DNA of 64,000 nt from Azolla caroliniana (lineage: Eukaryota; Plantae; Polypodiophyta). Under the pieces are notes generated by a model. It was not told where the DNA came from. It saw only the letters and a program-made list of their open reading frames with translations, and did not search any database. Below, one piece after another: positions 10,930 to 23,472 of the stretch. Both the position numbers and the translations under genes were made by a program. Numbering within the stretch: the stretch's first letter is position 1; every line of letters begins with the position of its first letter. The stretch covers positions 11,284,001-11,348,000 of the forward strand of contig JBHGNT010000009.1 in the NCBI GenBank assembly GCA_043228905.1, written 5' to 3'.

Positions 10930-13721
10930 CTATCCCCCCTTTAAAACGACGAGTGTCACGAGTCCTTTTGGATTGAGGACCTGATTTGTCTGGATATTGA
11001 CAATGGAAGTCTTCAAGAAGAGCACGACCATTCGTCACATTCTCTATCAGTTCCCAAGTACGCTCGCTAGGACTATATCCTAGCCAATCAACTCGATAGT
11101 AGAGCTTGTTGCGAACAATCTTGGAATCGAGGATGGCAACAACCTCGTACTCAGGTCCATCTTCAAGTTCGATCGGGGGTGGAGGTTGTGTAATACTATG
11201 AAACACCGGATGTATCCGAAGTTGCGGAGGTAGATCGAGATGAAAAGCAACATCGTTAATCTTTCCGATAATATGGAAAGGACCTAATCACCGATAATCC
11301 AACTTCTCACATGGGCGAGTAGTCTTGATGTGTCGTCGTAGTAGCCATACCCGATCTCCGACGTTAAAATTGGATGGAAGCCGATGACGATCCGCGTAAA
11401 CCTTGTGTGTTTGTTGAGCTTGCTGGAGATGAGTAGATAAATCCGCTTGTATCTTGCATAATTGCTCCAAACGATCCTCTGCACAAGGATTTGTAGGTAA
11501 CTATGGTGTTTCAAATACACACCACCGGGGGTGACAACCCGTATCAGCATAAAATGGCGTAACTTTAGTCGATGCATGGACAAAGTTATTATAGGCAAAT
11601 TCGGTGAAGTGGAGAATATCCGCCCAGTCATCTTGATGATAGCTTAGAAAGCACCGAAGATACTGCTCCAACGTTTGATTTGTTCGTTCTTCTTGGCCAT
11701 CTGTTTGTGGGTGGTAGCCGGAGGAGAGGTTACAAGTGACCTTGAGCATTTTAAAAAGGTGCTTCCAGAATTTCAGGACAAACTGGGGTCCACGGTCACT
11801 GATGATACTATCGAGAAGGCCATGATGCCGACATACTTCACGCATGACAATTTCGGCGGTTTCTTCACTGGAGATTATCTTAGTACATGGCAAGAAATGA
11901 GCCATCTTCGTATATCGATCTACTACTGTTAGAATCACATTAAATCCCTTTGAGACTGGAAGATCTGTGATGAAATCTAGAGTAATGGATTGCCACGTCT
12001 TGCTTGAAATTGGTAATGGTTCTAATAAACCATACAGATGATGCCTTGGCATTTTCGCTCTACAACATGTATCACAAGTCTGAACAAAATCTTCGACAAA
12101 TTGCTGCATACGGGACCACCAAAATGATCGTTGTACTAAGTCTAATGTCTTAGTACTACCAAAATGCCCAGTTGTATATGTGTCATGACAGTTTTGGCCT
12201 ACTCGAAGGCGGCAAGAACCATTAGGAACATACAAGAGTTTTTTAAAGAATAGTAATCCATCATGGTATTTGAATTGTCGATAGTCCGTACTTGGTTGTT
12301 GGGACTGTGAACAAGATGCTCGAGAGAAATTAATTTGTGCTAGAATAGCTTGGGCGAAAGCATCTATCTTCAAGTCCTCACGTATGGTATCGATAACGTG
12401 GAATCCACGGGCATGCTAAAGACCTGTGTTGCTTGCAGTCATGCTGGTCCCAAGATTACTTGTTTTTGGTTATCGAAAGCTAGCTTGCTGGGATGCGGTG
12501 CTAGATATGAACGTCGTGATAACACATCTGCCTTCCCTTCGTGCTTCCCCGGACGATATGTAATTTTGAAGTCGAAACGCGTGAGGAATTGGGCCTATCG
12601 AGCTTGACGTCGATTTAACACACGAGTGTCTTGAAAGTAGGCAAGGTTCTTGTGGTCATTGAATACAGTGACTTGATGAGAGGATCCCTCTAGAAAATGC
12701 CTCCATTGTGTAAAAGAGTCCACTATTGCTAATAACTCCTTATCATGAATTTCATAGTTGATTTCGGCGGCGTCAAACTTGCGTGAGTGGAAAGCCACAG
12801 GATGTAGCTTTTCATCATTACCTTGTTGTGACAGAATGCTACCCAATGCGAAATCCGATGCGTCAGCTTAAATGATGAATGGTTTTTCTGGATCAACGTG
12901 AGCTAGAATAGGAACTGGTGTAAATGCCTTCTTAATATTCTCAAAATCCATGTCCACTTCTTCAGACCAAACGAACAATTGTCCATTCTTAATAAGTTGT
13001 GTAAGAGGCAAAACAAGCTTTGAGTAATCCTTTATAAACTTGCGGTAGAAATTGGCAAAGCCTAAAAAGCATTGCACATCTCGCAACGAACGCGGAGTTT
13101 GCCACTCTACTACCATTTTGACATTAGCTGGATCCATGGAAATGCCTTCCGCGGAGATGACATAGCCTAGAAATTCCATCTGGTTGCACCCTAAATTACA
13201 TTTTTCCAGCTTTGTATAAAGACCATGTCCTCGAAGTCGTTTTAATACCTAATAGTACATGAGAATCATGCTCTTCTTGGGTCTTCGAATAAACCAATAG
13301 ATCATCCAAATAGATGATCAAAAAATCATCCAAAAGATCTCGAAATATATCATTTGCCATTTGCCATTTGCCGGATTTCTCTTGTTCTCCAATCTATGTC
13401 TAGGTTATGTAATTCCAACCATGGTAATCCCAAAACAATGGGATGTTCTGGGATACTAATTATATTAAAGGATATTACACATGCTAAGTTATCTAGGACA
13501 ATATTAACGGGCTCTGACTCTTCTATGATATTTCCGGAAGCGATTGGACGACCATCAATGACTACTATAGAGGCTGGACACAGGAGTTTTCTTAGGGATA
13601 TCTGATGAGCTTGGGCAAAATTCCTATCCATGAAGCAAGAGTTGGCTCCGGAATCTAAGAGTGCTAAGACATGTACTGGAGGAGTACTTTTAGTACTAAC
13701 CATTACTTGAGCAAAGAACAC
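10922..13721 (-). pseudogene. pol (PR, partial RT, RNaseH, integrase, chromodomain) of the Tcn1-like element
   Basis: ORFs 13350-13721, 12868-13179, 12595-12846, 11501-12373, 11288-11470 and 10922-11206, separated by stops/frameshifts. Confidence 0.9.
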
Positions 13722-13770
13722 ATTGCTAACTTGCTTAGAAGAAATGGAACCACTAATGGGCTACACAGAT

Positions 13771-13823
13771 CTAGGGCTGTCCAACCAAACGGCTCCTATT
13801 TTGGCTAGACTTAATTGTTTAAC
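13771..13823 (-). promoter_or_regulatory. Predicted -1 ribosomal frameshift signal at the gag/pol junction
   Basis: G TTA AAC in gag phase, 6-nt spacer, 11-bp stem GTCTAGCCAAA/TTTGGTTGGAC. The -1 frame is the protease frame. Confidence 0.7.
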
Positions 13824-14848
13824 TCTTCTTCTAGTTGACTAAGGATTTCAAATTTGTTTGAAAGGCTCGTGCTATTAGGACTATCAGACACACCTAGAGA
13901 AATAGACTCGGGTTTAGTACTATTAGTACTAGCGGTTATTTGATTTACCTGCCTTTTTGGCCAATGGGGACAACACACTGCAATATGCCTCCATCCCCCA
14001 CAATACAGACATAGTCGATTTGCCCTGCGTCGATGCTTTTCTTCTTCCGATAGTGGTCCACGACGACGTGTGGTGTCGATTTCCATTAGAGTCGAAGTAT
14101 TTGTTGGAGATGCATTATATGACTCCCTCGGACAAGGTTTCACTACCACTAAAGTGTAGGTGGACTCTGATCTTGCCCTTGGCATTTGGAATTGTCGTTC
14201 TTGTCATTCCGAACGTCGTTCGAAAAGACGGTTGTTGCATCTCACCGCGCGACTGATTGCTTTTGTTAATGACTTTGGTTCTTTGGGGAATGTCAAGACT
14301 AAATCCTTGACATCATTGCATAAAACATAACGAAATTGCTCCATCAATGCTTGATCATCCCAAGGGATATTGGCGGTGAGTAGACAGAAATCTGTAGCGT
14401 ATGCGGAGGTTGGACGATCACCTTGGCGTAATCGCCGAATTTTGTTGATTGCAGTTCTTATGCTATCAGTATCTCCAAAACAGGCTTTAAACTCACTTAT
14501 AAATTCTTCAAAATTGTTTAGTAATGGAGATTCCTTTTCTAACAACGGAGCGAACCATGCCAACGCTGAGTCACTAAGTAGGGTGCCTACTAGTCCCACT
14601 CGTGATGCGTTGGTGGGATATCGAGAAGGATGCATTTGAATCTGTACCTGGTTCAAAAAACCTCTAAACTGTGATCGGGTCCCATGAAATTTTGCAGAAA
14701 GACCGATCTTGGGTTCTTTGTGAATCCCTTGAGTGCTTGATCCTTGTTGTTGTAATGATACAATAGTCGCTTCAAGTTGTTGTACACGTAACGTCAGCTC
14801 CCCGTGTTGTTGTTTTTCTAGCGCTATTTGTTGAAGATCCCCCAACAA
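13811..14848 (-). pseudogene. gag of the Tcn1-like element (one in-frame stop at 14204-14206)
   Basis: EPKIGLSAKFHGTRSQFRGFL…ALAWFAPL capsid region and LCLYCGGWRHIAVCC knuckle; the two ORFs share one frame. Confidence 0.88.
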
Positions 14849-15085
14849 ATGGAGATTTTCTTGTTCTAATGCTACAAATTTCTCCTTAAGGCACTAGAGC
14901 TCCGAGAAAACAGATTGGTATTCCTGAGCGCTAACAATTTCGATTTTACTAGGGAGGATAAGAGGGTTAATATGAAGGGAAGAAAGGGGTAAGAAGATGA
15001 GGGAAATCGAAAAGAAGACCGGAAAAAGGGGATATGTAAGAAGATAAAAGGAAGAGGAGGAAATGAGGAGACGGAAGGAGGACTA

Positions 15086-15097
15086 AAATCGATTCAA
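15086..15097 (-). promoter_or_regulatory. Non-tRNA primer-binding site complementary to the element's own predicted 5' end (self-priming)
   Basis: TTGAATCGATTT 2 nt inside the 5' LTR, lacking TGG. Pairs over 12 nt (one G-U) with AAATCGGTTCAA (15310-15299), 33 nt downstream of TATAAAA. Confidence 0.7.
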
Positions 15098-15099
15098 AC

Positions 15100-15524
15100 T
15101 GTCAGGATCAGCACTACGACAGAGAAGGAATTAGTACTAAAAGATGAGGATTAGTACTAAGAGAGGTGTAGAACTCTCGAGAGAAGGAAAGAGTGACCGA
15201 GAGAGAGAGAGAGAGAGAAAGGGTGAGAGAATGATGATAAAAGATATATATTATGTGAAGAGAGTATACAATAGTAGCTAGGAGGCTTAAGACTGGTGTT
15301 GAACCGATTTGGTTCGAAATAATGCCTTGTGCCTCCTTTTATAGTATTCTTAGGAGTACTCTTGAAGTTTCTAGAATGTTCCAGAGAAATCTGGAATATA
15401 CATCAATTTTCTATAATAAAACTTAAATGAAAATATTTTACGTATTACAGTAGATGGTATAATGGTTAAGAGCTCAACCTATGTAACCTAACGTCATGGG
15501 TTCGAGTCTTGCCATATCATGACA
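15100..15524 (-). repeat. 5' LTR of the Tcn1-like element (tRNA-like cassette: A-box 15455-15465, B-box 15499-15509 on +)
   Basis: Direct repeat of 10477-10929 with a shorter (GA)n tract. Confidence 0.93.
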
Positions 15525-16746
15525 GGTGCTTCATTGAAGAAAAGGGCAAAGTCATCGCGCAAGGGCTCGTCCGAGATGGGAGGATGTTTATCGTCGAAAT
15601 GAATGATGTCGGCATCGCTATGTTCGCGAAAGGGAAAAAGGTCGAGTCAAACATTGACATATGGCACAAGCGGATCACGCATATCAATTTCCGGAAGCTT
15701 CAAGAGTTGCCTTCCGAAGGGAAAAAGGTCGAGTCAAACATTGACATATATATGACACAAGCGGATCGGGCACATCAATTTCCGGAAGCTTTAGGAGTTG
15801 CAGTCCGAACACGTAGTCTCCAGAATGCCGAAGTTCAGTGGCCGGAAACGGCTTTGATCTCATCCATTCGGATGTGTGGGGACCGACACAAAACATGAGC
15901 ATCGACGGGAGTCGGTATTTCGTCTCCTTCGTTGACGATTTCACCTGTCACACTTGGATCTATCTAATCGAGAAGAAAAGTGAAGTCTTCTCGTTTTTCC
16001 GGGATTTGAAGAACCTTCTCGAACGTGAGACCGGAAGAAAGATCAAGTGTTTGAGATCGGATGGTGGAAAAGAGTTCTTTTCCAGCTAGTTCACGAGCTA
16101 TCTGCAAATGAAGGGAATCCAGCGGGAATTGTCTTGCAAATACACACCAGAGCAAAATGGTGTGGCCAAGCGTCGAAATAGGACCCTAGTAGAAGCGGCA
16201 ACAACGATGCTTGAGGAGAAAAACATGCCCAAGGTTTATTGGGCCGAAGCGATTCGGATAGTCGTTTACATCCAGAATCGGATATCTACCTTAGGGACAA
16301 AGGTGTCTCCGCACGAACTGTATTTCCAATGGAAGCTGAATTTGGCACACCTTCGAGTGTTTGGTAGCATTGCATATGTGCATGTACCGAAAAAAAAACG
16401 AAGGAAGTTAGACGTGAAAGCTTAAAAATGCATTCTCGTCAGCTACTTGGATGAATAGAAGGGTTAGAAGTGTTATAACCCCCGATCAAAAGCGGTTCAA
16501 GTTAGCCGAGATGTCTTTTTTGATGAATCAACATCTTGATACTTCTCTCCACCCGAGCCCGAGCCGATTGCTGTTGATGATCCGGTGAATTCCGGGACAG
16601 AGAGATGCATTGCGGAATTCGAACAGCTAGATAGTCCAACTTCTCTCCGAATGAGTGGACCGAATTCGGACTGGTTTAGCCAGAGTGGTCAACCAAATGA
16701 AGAGTCGGCGAGTAGTGGAGACTCGGTCGTGCTCTCCCTGCGGAAG

Positions 16747-17141
16747 TGTTGTCCACCTGTGTCGGACTAGTGGGAAACAATGTAAAGAACAAAGGGAGAC
16801 TAGGGGATAAGCGTAGCCTCGTAATAGTGGAAGCGTTAGGAAGTATAAACGCATGTAACGCTCCAGGCACTGAGAGTAACCGTCCAGGCCCTGTATATAT
16901 AAAGAGCATGGAAACAATGTAATTAAGTGTGTCTGTGTAAAGAGGGACGTCACGGTATGAAGGAGTTCGGTTGTAGCCATTTCCTATACAATGCTTCTTC
17001 CCTCGCTTATACCCCTGTGGTGTAAAGTTTAGGCATAGCAACTAGTCTAGACCTTTTACGCTCTCCATTCCCTGTACCGCAATCTTCTTGAGTCATACCT
17101 CGAAGGACTGAGGGTAGGCCATGTTAACCTAGTGGATAACA
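16747..17141 (+). repeat. 5' LTR of the host gypsy (lacks ~100 bp present in the 3' LTR); Arg-type PBS follows at 17146-17159
   Basis: TGTTGTCC…GGATAACA; direct repeat of 41512-42003. Confidence 0.88.
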
Positions 17142-18379
17142 CTTTTGGCACACCTGGTGATTAGTGATTCTCACAGCCAAACATCAGGGAATGGATGTCT
17201 AGCCGTCGACGCACCAGAGAACCAGTTCGTTAGGATTGACCGAAAACCCGGTCCGTAACCCGCAAGGCAGAAGAACGCGCTACACGAAAACCAGGCCTCA
17301 ACGAATTCTTTCTGACTCTCTTAGAGTATACGTTAGAATCGATGCTCACTGTACAAAGCGGCACTGGGCAGGAGGTCCTATCTCCACTTTATTAGTATAG
17401 TGAAGCCACCACTTCATAGACCCCCTCGCATCGCGTCGGTAATACTTACCCAAACACTAGCTTATTCACCGGAATGGCTTTCTCATACCCTCGCGTCAGC
17501 GGAGATACTTACGCCGAGGGCCATGCTTGGTCGTTCCTAAATGTCTGGAACGCAAACCATGTGTCGTAGTGGCTTCCGAAAGCTAAAACCCACACATCCA
17601 ATATCGCAGAGTTTGGATTAACCCTGGATGGGCGAGATCATTGGTCTCCTTCGACCAAGTCCAATCGTTATTTCTACGCTTCTTTCATCAAAGCATCCCC
17701 CAACATGAGATCATCGACCAGTTCTATACGATCAAACAACTTCCACAAGAGTTTGTGGCTGATTTCAGCCTGTGTTTCCAGAGTTTACCGAGCCAACTGA
17801 TAAGAGCTCCTATAGAGGACGAAGTGAAATAAAAAAATTTGGCAGCATTTCGTCGACCCTTCTGGACAACACTACATATGCAAAATTTAACAGGCCAAAC
17901 GGCGGATACAATTATAGAACGGGCCCTATAGCTCAAGTTAGAAGAGGAGGACAATGGGTTGTCTATGACATTGCTACGTCAAGCATTACCCAGAGACGAA
18001 GACTACCACTTTCGGCAAGCCATTCAGTGCACGATCTGTTTGAACTCAGGGCATTCAGCAGTGGATTGCCACATGCGAACTGTGAGCGGGCAAGCTCAAC
18101 CAGATCCGCATCGGCATCCAGAGCCAAGATCCGGATCGGTATCCGGAAACAACCGGCCGGATCGGGGAGACAGATCGGAGAGCCGGATTCAAGTGTGAAC
18201 CAGAAGCCTAGTAATAGCCTAGACTACTAGGTAATTGTTGTCTCGTAGTTAGTGTCAATTGCTCGTAGGAGCATTGAAGTACATTGTACTTCTGTTAGTC
18301 GTTCTAAGGACTTGTATAAATAGTGTTGTGTAAGCACATTGTAGGGGTATAGAGAACTATTGTTTTGAATCTACTTTTA

Positions 18380-18454
<75 letters not shown>

Positions 18455-18697
18455 GCGCATATTTTCTGTGTGAAACTTCCATTAAACCTTCTCATCTTCT
18501 GTTGTTATCCGGCTGAGCCGGTTTGTCGAACGCTTCCGCACGTTTACTTTTACATGGTATCAAAGCACGAGGGTTGAGAACCTCTGCAACCCACTGACGG
18601 TTCGAAGACAAACCCTAATACTCGGCAACAACATACAGAGAACCAAAATGGACAGAGGTATGGCAAGTTCACTTCCCACAAAAAAGCTCGACTGGAG

Positions 18698-21600
18698 CTC
18701 GGGGGCTCCATTATATTTAAAGAGATTATATCACGTGCATTCACGACACCTTTTACAAACCCCTTATACGTATGTTTTTTACTATTTTAGATACCCTTCT
18801 ATAAAAATACGGTTAATAAAAATACCCCTTAGTGCCAATATATATTTTGACAACAACTCATTTTAAATGCCCTTACATAGAAGACACATGTATGTTTTAT
18901 ACATGTGTGTATATATATATATTATATTGTATTGCATATGTTGTATATATGTTATGTATGTATGTGTTATGTGTGTGTTCATATGTATGTATTGCATTCC
19001 ATTTTTATTTATGTATGTATTATATTGTATGTGTGGTATATCTTAGTTGTATAACATGTGTGTATGTATCTATGTGTTATGTGTGTATGTGTGTAGGGGC
19101 TCGTGTCTATTTGCACCTAAATCATAGATATTCTTTTACTAATAAAGACTCAAGAGTTCATTATTTGGTTTGATAGTTATTCTATATTTAAACTTTATGA
19201 AATTTCATCAACAATCATCATGAATACCCCATCACTACAAGAAGTTCCTTCAAATGCTCAATAAATTCTCACATCACAACATTATTTAACGAGGAAGAGA
19301 TTAATAAATGATTGATTCAATATGTGAAGCTTATCAAGCATATATGTGCTACATGGGTCAAGCCACATTTACCATACATATAAATCGCACTATTGGCAAT
19401 ACAACATCTCTTTCTAATACACCTTTTCCTTAGATTATATAGTTTGCAACAAACAAACACATGCAAAACCAACTTGCTATAATAATGACATACCTATGGT
19501 TCAAATAATGTTTCAAACAAACAATAATTCATTAGATGAGAAGAAAGTAATATATTACAACACATGCAATGATTTATTTATCAATCTCCTTCCTTTACAA
19601 CAAGTAGAAATGAGGACCTTGCATTCTCCTAATGATGTAGCACCAAGAAAGATGAATACAATGTTAGGTGATAATAAAAATCCACAAACACGGTTAGTGA
19701 AGATTAAAGTGGGTGGGATTCGATGAATAAACACCCACTTGGCTTCAGAAATGTTCCTAATAAATGTCAACCTCCAAATCCAAAAAGTCAAAGAAATGAA
19801 GACCATCCATACTTATAGAACAAAAGGCAATCATAGGAAGAAATGCATGCTTCGACCTCCCTTGATAGTTAGCCTCAAAACAAATTCATGGTATGAGAGC
19901 CTTGATGGTGCATTCTGAGCATAACTACACACCAAAATAAAAACTAGTTAGATGTGAAGCCTAGTCTCAAGTATTGAAAGCTCCATATCCTTAATACAAA
20001 GATATCATATAGAAAAGCAATTAAGCACAACGAGTCTTTGATGAAGATATCCAATTAACTCAACATCTCCATCACCACACATAGTACATGAATATTTGTT
20101 GTTGTGCTCTCTTATAAATAGCCCATTATTTTTATTCCATTTGAAATAATGAAAAGAAAACAAATATTTGAAGAAAAAACTTCAAACAAATGGGACAAAA
20201 CTCCCATATTAGTTAAAAAGGAGTTTTAAGAGAAAAAATTTGGAATAAGCAAAATATCATCTCCCTCCATACTTTCCTTTCCAACCATTTCATTCTTATT
20301 TTTGCATACTTCTCTAATAGAAAGAAAGACATAGATCATAAGCAAAACCCCTAGTCATAATAGTAAATTTTGTCGTCTTTTTGTTTCACTTTGACAATAA
20401 CTCATCATGAGATCCCCATGAGGCTTCTCAAGACCAAAAGAACTCTTCTTGCCTGTGAAATGACAATAGCAAATACACAAATTAACATGGAAAAAAAGAA
20501 CATGAGATGGAATGCTACCTATGCATGTGTGCATGCATTCATACATGCATACAAATAGACACATACAAACACAACCATGCATATGCAAATACACATGCAC
20601 ACATATGAATATGGTAAAAAATTGATATGTTACTAAACCAATAACCCTCGAAAAGTGGTTTGGATCCTGATGGCCACAAATTCTCGCCTTCTTGTAGCTC
20701 ATCCTACACATCCTTGCTTGCCAAAGGAGGGCCACTTCGAAGAGGTCGATCACACTCATGGCTCCTTCTCTCTTTCTCTCTTTGCTTTCTTTTCCTCTCT
20801 CTCTCTCTCAAACCAAAGCAACAAACTTACTATTGATAACTCCAAAATGTAAACATACATACATCCATGGCATGAAGAGAAAACCCTCATAAATCAATTC
20901 CCAATAGCCACTTTTTTTAAGCAAATCGACTCAATAAAGTGGAAAAAGGTCGAATACAAAATGCAAACAAAAAGACATTATTTCTACTCTAACAGTTGAA
21001 TTAATAAATTATAATCAAACAATGAGAATCACATATCATCATCGTGTTCTTCTTGTTTCTCTTTTAATTCTTCCTTCTCTACTACAATAGGAGCACCACC
21101 ACTACATATGTGTGTGTGTGTATTTTCTATTGATGTACATATGTATGTATTTTATATCATGTGTATATATGTATGTGTTATATGTGTGTGTGTATTTTCT
21201 ATTGATGTACATATGTAGGTATTGTATTGCGTGTGTATATATGTATGTGTGTGTACGTACATATTGTATTGTATTACATGTGTTGAATGTATAGTATGTA
21301 TGGCATGTGTATGTATATATATTCTTTACATGTCCATATGTATGTATTGTATGCATGTTGTGTATATATGTATGTGTGTGTATGTACATATTGTATTGTA
21401 TTGCATGTGTTGAATGTATAGTATGTATGACATGTGTATGTATATATATTCTTTACATGTCCATATGTATGTATTGTATGTATGTCACATGTGTATGTGT
21501 ATATGTGTTATGTGTGTCTATTCATGCATACAATACAATATATACGTACACACATACAACACACACCACAAACATATATACACATATGCACGTATGTATG

Positions 21601-23351
21601 TGTATATGTATGTGTATATGTATGTATATATTGTATTGTATGTATGCATGCATGCATGTATGTACATGTATGGATGTAAGTTGGTAACATTTATACAAGT
21701 ATCATTGTAGGCATGTGTACCTATATACGTGTAGCAATGTATGAATGAATATGTGTATGTCCATGTACGAATGCATATATGTGTATACATGTAGTATGTA
21801 ATGTATTGATGTATGTATATTTTCGGTGTATTTATCGTGTTTAGTATGTGTATGGCTCATATATGGATGTATGTTTGCAATATCACATAATATGCATGCA
21901 TATATTATCCAATGTATGTGTAAGCATACGTATATCTAATGTGTGTGTATGAAAGTATTGTAATTTGTATGACCATGTATGACCTATATATATAGTGATA
22001 TGTGGAATATGTATGTATGTACATGTATGCATATATGCATGTGTCAATGCACATGATTTAATGTGTCTGGATGTGTGTTTATAATATGTATGTATATATC
22101 TAATGTATGTATGTGTATGCATATATGTACTATTATAGTGTGTATGACCATGTGTGTGTCTATGTTCGTGTACGTGGTGATATGTATGTACACATCTAAT
22201 GTATGTATGTATGTGTATGGACGTATGTTTGTAAAATTTATATATGTAACATTGTAGGCATATGTACGTACGTATATATGTGTAGCAATCTATGAATGAA
22301 TATATGCATGTACATGTATGAATGTACATATTGGATATATGTAATGCATTATTTTTGGGATATTTTCATGTCTAGTATGTGTATGGATCATATATGAATT
22401 TATGTTTTCAATATGTACGTAATATGCAGTCATATATCTGATGTGTGTGTATGTATATATGTAAGTATTGTAGGTTGTATGGTTCCATATAACCTATATA
22501 TATATATATATATATGGCGATATGTGGAATATGTATGTACATATGTAATATATATATATATATATATATGTAATGCAGTTTATGTATGTGTATGTAAATT
22601 TGTATATTGTGTAATATGAATGGATCATACGATATGTAATATGTAATTTTTATGCATGTATTAACATCTGTCAATACATATGGCTTATTATAATATGTGT
22701 GTAGCATGTATGCATTTACATATTTGTATTTATGTATGTGTATGTACATATCTACATATGGTAATATATATTTGTATACATATTCATGTTTAGTCAGTAT
22801 GCATCTATAAATGGGTGTAATGTATGTATATACATATTTATGGATGTAATGTTTAAATGTAGGTACATATATGCATGTATGCATGTATATGTATGTATGC
22901 CACTCCAAATTTGACTATTGTTTGTACAAAATATTTGTTTATTATCTCATTGAAATATCTAATATTTCATGGGCTTATTATAATATGTATGTATGTATGT
23001 GTATTTATGTATGTGTATGTACATATCTACATATGATAATATATATTTGTATATATATATATATATATATATATATTCATGTTTAGTCAATATGCATGTA
23101 TAAATGGGTGTAATGTATGTATATACATATTTATGGATGTAATGTTTAAATGTAGGTACATATATGCATGTATGCATGTATATGTATATATGTATGTATG
23201 TATGCCACTCCAAATTTGACTATTGTTTGCACATTATATTCTTTATTATCTCATTGAAATATCTAATATTTCATGGGCTTATGCAATTTTTTTCTATAGC
23301 ATAATTGATAATACCCTTATGTAAATATATGTTTTATGCATTTGTTAATAC

Positions 23352-23391
<40 letters not shown>

Positions 23392-23472
23392 TTTGTATCT
23401 CAATGGTATATTTAAACCCCTTTTGATGAACTCACATACTATCATACAAGTTTTCACAGTGAAGCCCCCGGG
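18698..23472. mobile_element. Putative non-autonomous DNA transposon (4775 bp), 13-bp imperfect TIRs, 8-bp TSD
   Basis: GACTGGAG duplicated at 18690-18697 and 23473-23480. Termini CTCGGGGGCTCCA and (reverse complement) CCCGGGGGCTTCA. Excision restores copia gag KLDWSNYESW. No recognisable transposase. Confidence 0.8.
21103..23390. repeat. Long degenerate (TA/TG/CA) microsatellite field with internal ~70, ~126 and ~300 bp duplications
   Basis: Alternating purine-pyrimidine low-complexity sequence; e.g. the block starting GGCTTATTATAATATGT recurs at 22682 and 22972. A shorter similar tract lies at 18885-19093. Confidence 0.9.

Larger units (their letters stand above)
10477..15524 (-). mobile_element. 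Ty3/gypsy chromovirus, Tcn1-like (classical chromodomain), both LTRs present, RT N-terminus deleted
   Basis: LTRs 10477-10929 and 15100-15524 (TG…CA). TSD GGTGA/GGTGC (one mismatch). PPT AAAGGGGGGATAG at 10930-10942. Gag, PR (LLDSGA), RT (IYLDD), RNaseH ([11 protein letters not shown]), INT and chromodomain YEVVAILDSKIVRNKLYYRVDWLGYSPSERTWE. Lineage name is an inference from the chromodomain type and gag style. Confidence 0.93.

Noticed and set aside
15631-15800. ~88-bp tandem duplication in copia B pol
   Set aside because: Real, but a local lesion that breaks the frame; no sign of function.
19094-21102. Nested hAT element or transposase inside the DNA-transposon-like insert
   Set aside because: Termini (TAGGGG…/…CCACTA) match weakly, a TSD cannot be resolved in the microsatellite, and no transposase motif could be read.
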